Assembly (NCBI GenBank): GCA_002269645.1
Contig: NIVC01004366.1
Span: forward strand, 1 to 48,331
From: Macrostomum lignano
Lineage: Eukaryota
Direction of reading: 5' to 3'
Length of the DNA stretch: 48,331 bases
Shown here: piece after piece, positions 39,567 through 48,331 of the stretch
Numbering within the stretch: the stretch's first letter is position 1
Layout of the letters: every line of letters starts with the position of its first letter
Program-made: the position numbers and the translations under genes
The notes under the pieces: model-generated
What the model saw: only the letters and a program-made list of their open reading frames with translations
Told to the model about the DNA's origin: nothing
Database searches by the model: none

Positions 39567-42500
39567 CTACTGGACGCAGCAGGCCCGCGAGTTTTCCACC
39601 CGGTTGACTCGCCACTGGCTCACCAGCTGCGCGATCTTCATGCCGGCGGCCAGAGACGGGTTGGTCTCGTCCCCGGCCCCGCCGCCTCCGGCCAGTCCTT
39701 GTCGCTCCTTGTACACGGCCTCCTCCTGCCGGCTGGGCAGCTCGTTGACCACCCGCACCAGGGTAGCGTCTGACGGGTCAGCGATCGCCAGCAGCGTCAG
39801 GGAGCCATCGATGCCGCCGCAGGCGATGCCGCGACCGTCAAGGGCGCTGACCATCGACTTGATCTCGGCGTGCACTTTGAAGTCGGCCAGCAGGGCGGCG
39901 TCCTCGACTCGGATTAGCCGGATAGTCTTTCTGCCGCTGTGAAAGTGCGCAATGTACTTGTCGCCCTCCGTGAATATTGTGATGCTGGGAAACACTCCGT
40001 CAGAAGTCTGCCGCCGAAGCACCCACTTGGAGTTCTGCGGCTTCCGCAAGTCGATCAGCTTCACGCCGCCAACCAGAGGTGAGAACAGGCCGAAGCGGCC
40101 GTCGGCAGTACGCAGCCCTTGCCACTCGGGCACGGAGCGCACCAACTGCTTCTTGCGCGAATCCCAGAGCTGGCCTTTCTCCTCATCGATAAAAGCGATC
40201 CAGCCCGGCTTGTCCGGCAGGGAGACAATTTGCTTCACGGCATTGGTGCCCTCCAGCTTTGGCTTTGTCTTCTCAACGAATGCGCCAGTCGCGGCGTTAT
40301 AATAGGACACTATGAACTTCTCCTTGGCAGTGCAGGGTACCAACAGCTGCATGCTGTCGATGGAGAATATTGGCGGCACAAAGTCTACAAAGTAGTATTC
40401 AAATTCATATAGCAGCTGGCTGCTGGGCACTGCGTAGCAGCAGATTGCAGCCGTCTTAGAGGCGCGCTTCTCCATGCTAACGGCCAGGACTTTTGAGCCG
40501 TCCAGCGTCATCTCCAGGGCTTCGACTGGCCCGAAGTCGCGTGACAAGAGTGACCCGCCGTCCGGCAGGGACCAGAAGACGAGGCGCCGGCTGTCGGCCG
40601 ACACGGCCACGCTGGCATCGTGAGAGATGAGCGCCTTGAAGATGACAGCGTTTCCACTAGCCGAAAAAGTTTTCAACAGAACGGCCCGCTGTACGTCCCA
40701 CAGTCCCAGGTAGGTGCGAGCCACCGTGAGCGCCGTGCAGCCATCCTTCGACAAGGAGATGTAGTCTATCGGCTTCTCCATGTGGTGAATGTTGAACACG
40801 CGCTCCATGATATTGTTAAAGTTCCACACCTTAATGGTCTTGTCCATGGATGAGGAGACAACGCAATTCAGTGCCACGGAATTGGTCATGGAGACAATGC
40901 GACCGAAATGGGCGTCCAGCTTCTTCATCAGAGTGCCGGTCTTGCACGAGTAGGCCATGACTAGGTGGCGGACGGCGGAGATCATGAACTCATTTCCGCG
41001 ACTGAAGATCAGGAGATTCTGCATTGGATTCTTATTCGGTATGTTCTGATAGCCTTTGGGCAGCGGAGCCCTGGCGCACGGACAGCCTTGCGAAGTGAGA
41101 TGCCAAATTTTGAACTCAGTAGAGCATATGGCTACCAGAATCGTCTCGTCATCGCTGAGGGAGAGACCGACGAACTCGTCGCTGTTCTCTATGGACGAGT
41201 CCCAGGTGTAATTGCCGGTATCCTTGCGCCTGGAGTAGCGATGAATAGTGAAGTTCATGGAGCCGGCCTCGTCCCGCTTGGGAAGGAACATGTGCTGCCT
41301 ACTGTTGCCCATGGCCATGCCAGTGTGGTACTCGATGCTATTCGCCAGGTCGTGGCTAAAGTAGACGCGATACTCCGACGCCACCTTGGTGTTGACTGTG
41401 CAGAAGTAGAAATTATCGGAGCCGCGATATTCGAAGTGCACAATCTCTTCGCCGGAGTCCTGCAGCTCGCCAGTGCTGAGCAGTTCAGCGGCGTGGCTGA
41501 ACTCAAACCACTGCCGAGCGGTAAAGGCCAAACAGACATCGGTGGTCACCAGCACACCGCGCACATCCGAGTCCTTCGGTAGGTTATAGAAGCCGTGCTC
41601 CCCAGATACTAGATTGGTGAAGACTAGCTGGTTGTTGCTGGTGAAGCTGACCGCTCGTCGGTCCTCCGAGTCGATTCGCATGCCTTTGGTGATGCCCTGC
41701 AGGCCGTTGATTGGGATGTTGCGGAAGATCTCGCCAGTCTGCAGATCCCAGATTATGAACTGGTTTGACACGGACACAAGGTACTTGCTGTCGCTTGTCA
41801 CCTGCATTCCGTAGCAGGCAAACTGGTGGCCCTCAAGCGAGTACTCCAACGGACCGCCAGGTGTGTACAGGTAGTGGTGCGCCGGCACCAGAGCGCAGTG
41901 GACCGGGGCCTCTCGATCGCACTCGTGTATGAGATGGCGAACCTTTTCAAAGATGGCATAATAGGGCAACAGGCGGCCGCTGATCTGCGGACCGAGCATA
42001 TTCGGGTCCTTAGTGATGATGCTGGCGGAGAGTCGGAGGCACTCGCTCAGGATGCGCGCGTTCCGGTCGCTGGTCTTTGCAATCATACTGTCCAGGTCGG
42101 ACAGGAGCGCTTGCAAGGGGAAGGCGCTCAGCTTGGCGTGCAGGAACTGGTAGTTGAACAGGCACTCGCTGGCCAGCTCCGCCATCCGGCCGGATTTCAA
42201 CAGTTGAAAGGGCAGCTCGCTGAGCTTGCGCAGGTTGTACCGCACAGTCTTGCCGGCCTCGTTGACGAAGCGCAACGGCTGGGGCGGCACCTTGCGATCG
42301 CTCTCCGAATTCACATCTTTAAGGCCGAAGCGTTGCTTCTGCAGCTCGCTGTAAACGAACGGCTTGGGCACACCGGCCCACTTGCCCAGGAAGTAGTCCG
42401 CCAGGTTCGAGTGGATGCCGGACTTGAAGTTGAGATTTTTGAAGTATCGCTTCTCGCACACCTGGAAGAACTGCCGGTGGTACCAGTAAACTACGTCGAC

Positions 42501-44255
42501 ACCGTCCGCTTCCTTCTCGACTAGGAAGCCGGGCAGCTCGTTGCGGATTCGCGTCCACAGCAGGGGCGGGATGCGCCGCGTCGGTGGCAGGTGGTACTGG
42601 TAGACGTCATTGAGCACCTTCTCGTCCAGTGACAGGTTGTCCTCTAGCTCGGACTCTGATATGCCGCTTTTCGAGGCTGTGATGTAGGAAAATGCGTGAG
42701 TCACCAGTATGAGACCGTGCTGGTTCTCGATGCGCTGGAACAGCTGCATGATGCTGTCAAAGATGTTGAAGGACAGCACGTTCTTCTCCAGCGCGTCGTA
42801 CGATTTCCATCGGCAGACTTCGTCGAAAACAATCTTGACAAATAGCGGCGAAGTGGACTTGGCGAGAGCTTTGTCAACCACTTGCCACTGCTGATTGGTG
42901 ATGGATCGGCTCGCTGACTGCAACCACACTCGCAGAACTTCCAACGATAGCGGCTTGCCAAGATCCTCGAGCTTCAGAAAATTTTCCGCTTTGTTCACCT
43001 TGAGTTTCAGAGTTTTCAACAGGTTGAAGAAATTCGGCAAGATTGAGACCACAATTTTTACGTTAGGCGGAACCTCGTCAGGCAGCCACAGCAGAAGGTG
43101 GGCATTGTTCTCAGGCGACAACTCCTCCAGCGAGTCCAAAAACACAGTGAGAGGCCTGACGGCCGATGCGCAGCTCAGCAAACCCTTGAAGTGCTGGATG
43201 AGACGCGGCAGCTCCTCCGGTATTTCGGCCGGCGGCTGGTCGTACAGGTAGCAGATGTGCCGACACAGATTGGTGAGCAGCACGCCGATTGAGGAACTCT
43301 GAGGCGACGTACCGAGGAGCCGGAAGATCACATTGGGCTCGGCTGTCTTCTGCCACTGCCAGATCTGCAACCGGTGGGGGGGGGTTGCGAGTAACAAAAT
43401 TTACTTAAATTCTATGAGTTGGAAACTCACCAGAGAGCTGGCCTTCGCTAGCAGGGAGGTCTTCCCGCATCCGGGGTCGCCGTACAGAACGAACAGCTGG
43501 CGGTTTCTCGAGTCCTGACAGTACGCCTCTATCTGCTGGAGCTCCGCGTCCCTGCCTTGGAAGACCTGGTTGTAGAAATTGGGGTTGGGGTGTATCGTGG
43601 TTACTTCTTTAAAGCTTGTTCAATCAATTATCGCAAAGAACAGGGCCCCGCCTGACCTCGCAGAGCTTGGCGCACACGTGCAGGTGCTGCAGGATCTCCG
43701 ACATGGTCACATCGTCAGACAGCAGCCGGTTGTGCTTCATGCCGCGGTCGATCAGCTGCACAACTCTCGTGTAGAAGGTGTCGCAGAACTCGTCCACGTA
43801 ACCTGAAAAGAGAAGGCCGGCCAACTAGATATCATTAATTATTAATGCGGGTGGTCAAGCAAATTGGCTTTCCCCGTTAGCGTGCTTCTTCTTTTCAGAG
43901 TTGTTTGGTCTCAGCCGGGGCCAGCTTGCTCAGCGCACACAAAATCAGACTCCCGCTATGAAGGCATTGACCGATGAAGCTGCTTTAGAAGAGGCCCCTG
44001 CCAGCTTCAGGCCTGGGACAGAGGAAAACTTCTGTCAAGTGTTAGTTTTTTACTGCTTTCCCCCAGATCTTAGCCTGACAGGGGCACTCTTGCCCGCCTG
44101 CAGTTTTTTTCTACAGTTTCTCCAATACTTAGCAAGCCAGTCAACACAATTAACTGCATCCTGTGTCACTTGCATCTTGCATTTCCTTCCAGGCTGTACT
44201 GTCCTCTGCTGTACTTCTCTCCCTCCAATCTCAGTCCCGCTCACTCCTTTCTCAA

Positions 44256-44302
<47 letters not shown>

Positions 44303-47300
44303 TCTCAATCCCTCTCTCTCCATTCTCATTCCCTCTCTCTCCTTTCTCAGTCCCTCTCTCTCCGGCCTCAGCATCCCTCCCTCCATTCTCGCCGTTATTG
44401 TAGCATTCTTAAGTCCCTCATTCTCAAGAACCGATTCAATTGTCTCTCCAACTCCGCGTGTCCCCAGACCCTTCTTCTCAAGGCTCGCTCACCGCGATGC
44501 GTGTCAAGGTGAATGCCGGCAGGGTCTACCCAGGGCTGCTTGTAGCGAATAATGGAAGATGCCCGCAGTTTGCTGGGAATTTTCACGTCGCGCAGGTTGT
44601 CCATGAGGTCCTGCGCCTCCCGGTCCACCTCTGAGCCGTTCATGTCAATAAAATTTCGCGCCACACGCCAGTTTGACAGGGTGATGCCCTCCAGGTGGCG
44701 CAGGAACGCCAGCGTATGCCGACTGTTGTTTTCGGCGGTCAGGATGCCGTGAATATTCTCGCGCTCCGTCACTAAAAATTGAGGTTGGGGGTTGTGCAAT
44801 AAAATCCAGCTACTTGCCACTCACTCTCTGTGACTGTTTTGAGAGGTGACGAAAACAGGCATCCTATCTCAACTGCGTACTAGTCACGATAAACTCTGCT
44901 TACCTGGCAACCCTAGTTCCAGTCGGGTTCAGCCACTCGCTGATCCATTCTCAGACTCCCTCTATGATTCCTTCTTAGAACCCCTATGCTCCATTCTCAG
45001 ACTCCCTCTATGATCCATTCTCAGACCCCTCTATGCTCCATTCTCAGTCCCCTCTATGATCCATTCTCAGTCCCCTCTATGCTCCATTCTCAGACCCCTC
45101 TATGCTCCATTCTCAGTCCCCTCTATGATCCATTCTCAGTCCCCTCTATGCTCCATTCTCAGACCCCTCTATGATCCATTCTCAGTCCCCTCTATGATCC
45201 CCTCTATGATCCATTCTCAGTCCCCTCTATGCTCCATTCTCAGACCCCTCTATGCTCCATTCTCAGTCCCCTCTATGATCCATTCTCAGTCCCTCTATGA
45301 TCCATTCTCAGACTCCTCTATGATCCATTCTCAGTCCCCCTCTATGTTTTCTTCTTAGAACCCCTCTATGATCCATTTTCAGTCCCTTCTATAGAACCCC
45401 TCTATGATCCATTCTCAGTCCCCTCTATGAATGTTTAGGGACGCTTTCATAAGACCTAAATTTCACAACGCCTAAGTTTCATATCGCCTAAATTTCACAA
45501 CGCCTAAAATCTTTGCTTCTCTCCTTCACATTCAGTTTTAGGTGTTGTGAAATTTAAGCGATATGAAGTTAAGGCGATGTGAAGTCACGTGCTTTAGGCG
45601 TTGTGAAATTTAGGTCTTATGAAGCGCCCCCATCCATTCTCAGACCCCTCTATGATCCATTCTCAGACCCCCTCTATGATCCATTCTCAGTCCCCTCTAT
45701 GCTCCATTCTCAGTCCCCTCTATGATTCTCAGTCCCCTCTATGAACTCCTCTATGCTCCATTTCTCAGACTCCCTCTATGCTCCATTCTCAGTCCCCTCT
45801 ATGCTCCATTCTCAGACCCCCTCTATGATCCATTCTCAGACCCCCTCTATGATCCATTCTCAGTCCCCTCTATGCTCCATTCTCAGTCCCCTCTATGCTC
45901 CATTCTCAGACCCCCTCTATGCTCCATTCTCAGACCCCCTCTATGATCCATTCTCAGTCCCCTCTATGCTCCATTCTCAGTCCCCTCTATGATTCAGTCT
46001 TATAACTCCTCTATGCTCCATTCTCAGTCCCCCTCTATGTTTTCTTCTTAGAACCCCTCTATGATCCATTTTCAGTCCCTTCTATGATTATTTCTTAGAA
46101 CCCCTTTATGATCCATTCTCAGTCCCCTCTATGATCCATTCTCAGACCCCCTTTATGATCCATTCTCAGACACCATCTATGATCCATTCTTAGTCCCTCT
46201 CTATGATTCTTTCTGAGAACCCCTCTATGATTCATCCTCAAACCCCCTCTATGATCCTTCTATATAGCTTATCTAAATTAAGACTTTTCGCATGGTCCAC
46301 ATGCATTTTCGCCATAAATTCGTGCTCATTCGTTAATTCCCTCTTTCAATTATTGAAACTGCGCGGCTCCGTGAATTCAGCGAAGCGAAAAAATTGATTG
46401 ATTCCGCAGCCAGAGCCCATTGTTATGCACTGAACTGAAATGAACAATGGACTTCGGAACTTCTCTATTTATAGCTAGGAAGCCGGTTCGCTAAAAGTTT
46501 GGTAAACAGACTTTCTCCAATGGAAGAAAATTCACGGGGAATGTAGAAGAATAGCAGATAGCTCTATTTTTAGCTGGATGAGGTTGCCGAAAATCGCGGA
46601 AGTGCGTTGTATGTTGTATCAGTACGCAACAAAAAAAGCATTCTATTCGACAGTTATAAAGAAACCCATTCTATTCATAGCTTTGTCCCATAGAATCTCC
46701 AGAATTTCAAAATCTCAAACAACCTGGCGAAAAAAGAATCATTTTAAGCGCAACTGATTCAGAGCTATGAGAGCATTTAAAGTTTAATTGCCAAGCAAAC
46801 TTGAGCGAAACTTCAAGTGAGTTTTGCAATAATTGCGAGTGTTTCGTCCTGATGTGTACAGCGGCCCGGACTTTCTAATCGTCAGGCATCTACACTCTGT
46901 GCCTCTGGGGGGGTTGGCCCTTGGCAGCGGTTGTTTGAGAATTTTCCATCAAAGATAGAAGCTCCCCCAATCCCGGGCTTGCTCCGGTGAGTCGGTCCAT
47001 GTTTGACATTCATCTGTCTGTGCAGACAGGTATCCCATTGTTTGCTGGGCAATGAAACTAAAAGCACTCTTCCCATAGCAGCTCTGAGCGAGTCTGGTGA
47101 ATGATTTGCAAACTTTTCTGTGTGCTCTTGGTGGCCGGGGTTTTGTAGCTCAGGCTAATGCAGTTCTACCGCCTAAGCACTGTCAGCTGCAGGGAGATTG
47201 TGTACCCTGCAGGAAGGATTGTTGAAGAGAGCTTGGTATGCAGCAATGCCCCCCCCCATTCAAACGATAATTCAACTTCTGCTCGATAGGCTCAAAATTA

Positions 47301-47680
47301 TTGGTGGTAAAGGCTTTAACGATGAAGAATAAAGAAGTTTTGCTTCTAGCCAATAATATTATATTTATTTACCTGAAACTGCAGATACAATCTGCCTCAT
47401 GATTGTGTTGCTAGGCTATGCCGGGAGGAAAGCGGGGCTCACCTGACATAAAATAATTATGCCGCTGATCGGCGTCAATCTTCTGCTCCTGGAAGAGCCG
47501 GTCAGTTGCCTGGCGAAAGATCAGCTGCATCTTGCCCATTGTTGTCCACCACTCGTTCTGGTGGGCCTCCATCATTTTTTGCATGCCCTGTTGAAAGTTG
47601 AGAAGCAGCGGAATTTGGTTAGAAATGTTCCCCCACCCATGCAGTGTTGAGGCTTTTATTGAGGAATCGAGGAACTCCTG
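39567..47680 (-). CDS. NACHT and WD40-repeat protein (NWD1/NWD2-like); exons ~47680-47443, 44771-44493, 43802-43657, 43565-43431, 43364-39567; N-terminus not resolved
   Basis: Phase-consistent GT-AG junctions join HNYFMS|VTERE, THR|GYVDEF, LCE|VFQGRD and SSL|IWQW. Walker A GDPGCGKT, Walker B PLTVFLDS, then WD repeats (LEGHQF...IIWD; LDAHFG...DKTIKVWN). The start of the most 5' exon is approximate. Confidence 0.9.
44259..44300. repeat. (CT)n microsatellite in an NWD intron
   Basis: Read directly; pyrimidine-rich flanks to ~44400. Confidence 0.9.
44940..46260. repeat. 23-bp tandem array CCATTCTCAG(T/A)CCCCTCTATG(A/C)T in an NWD intron, interrupted by a MITE
   Basis: Direct periodicity on both sides of 45431-45631. 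Confidence 0.94.
45438..45630. mobile_element. ~193-bp MITE with long TIRs (GGGACGCTTTCATAAGACCTAAATTTCACAACGCCTAA) inside the satellite
   Basis: Ends are reverse complements with repeated subterminal aaatttcacaacgccta motifs; no clean TSD seen. Confidence 0.8.
46854..46921 (-). mobile_element. tRNA-SINE family B 3' fragment
   Basis: gtgtacagcggcccggactttctaatcgtcaggcatctacactctgtgcc...gggttggccct is near-identical to 34530-34600; a shorter piece sits at ~12596-12640. Confidence 0.7.
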
Positions 47681-48331
47681 GCGATCAAATATTCTCTAGC
47701 TAAAGCTCATCTTTTAGAGCCCATCATAGTTCTTTGGGGATTAAATGAGACGTACGTAAAAAAAACCGATACTCCATATGCTCCCAAGACAAAAGAACCA
47801 GCAGGAGAGATGTTCAGAAGCCATGGATAAGCCATAGACTATAAATGGAGAATCAAAATGAGACACAGCCTATCAATATTTCTCTGTTTCTCTGTCAGTA
47901 GCGGATCATCCATTTCTATCTGCCGCTCAGATCCTTATTTTGATTATCCATTTTTTATAGTCTATGGCTTATCCATTTGGAAGCCAAAGGGCTGCACCGC
48001 AGACCATACCGAAACGGTACAAAAGCCCAGAGATTCAAACATGTCAATGGCATCAAAAACCATTTAGGTAGTCAAAAGCGACTACCTAGCAGCACTATCT
48101 ATCTTTGGCGTATTCTTCTGTAGCGGTGCCATTAGCGCCAGTGTCACTCAAGTAAATTTCCCCAGAGGTAAATAAAGAAGCGTGCTTATCGCGTTTTATC
48201 TATATTAACTGAGTAAACAAGCACTGGAATAAACATTACTAACGTGCTGAGCGACGAACTAGGTGCTAAAATAAATAAAAAACGTTGTGGGATACTACTA
48301 CGCTACTTGTGTGTAAAATTGCCATAGTGCA

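Noticed and set aside
39604-42524. Plus-strand ORFs of 100-232 aa opposite the NWD exon
   Set aside because: Antisense shadows of GC-rich coding sequence.
43365-43397. MLLATPPHRLQ as the NWD N-terminus
   Set aside because: Intronic read-through; the acceptor is at 43365 and Walker A lies in the upstream exon.
44899-44909. CTTACCTGGCA as a U1 snRNA 5' end
   Set aside because: Only 11 nt match and no U1 body follows; it is simply a donor-like sequence on the minus strand.

Overview
Eukaryotic (animal) genomic DNA: spliceosomal GT-AG introns, TTAGGG repeats, SINEs, no CRISPR or prokaryotic operons. GC-rich coding islands, short introns and the repeat complement suggest a free-living flatworm such as Macrostomum, but that is an inference only. 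Genes supported: two tandem intronless hexokinases on the minus strand (3267-4732 with a 1-nt frameshift; 8265-9704); a small single-pass membrane orphan (11960-12367); an SRSF4/5/6-type SR splicing factor (21671-23240); two multi-exon orphans on the minus strand (27999-31621, charged low-complexity; 33974-~36586, with a PH-like segment); and a large NACHT-WD40 (NWD1/NWD2-like) gene (39567->47443, 5' end unresolved) ending in a CaaX box. The rest is transposon debris (Tc1/IS630-like, Gypsy gag, RTE LINE, two tRNA-SINE families, several MITEs, Helitron-like ends) and at least seven tandem arrays. Most notable: (i) the hexokinase pair shares a sharply bounded ~1.12 kb near-identical core with diverged ends and carries a non-canonical sugar-binding loop (LNKSL for WTKGF); (ii) a TIR family with CAGGGAA ends and 7-bp TSDs, including a 35-bp hairpin-only member; (iii) a candidate poison exon in the SR gene intron; (iv) a Tc1 deletion derivative retaining only the DNA-binding region. 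All comparisons were made by eye; no database searches were run.
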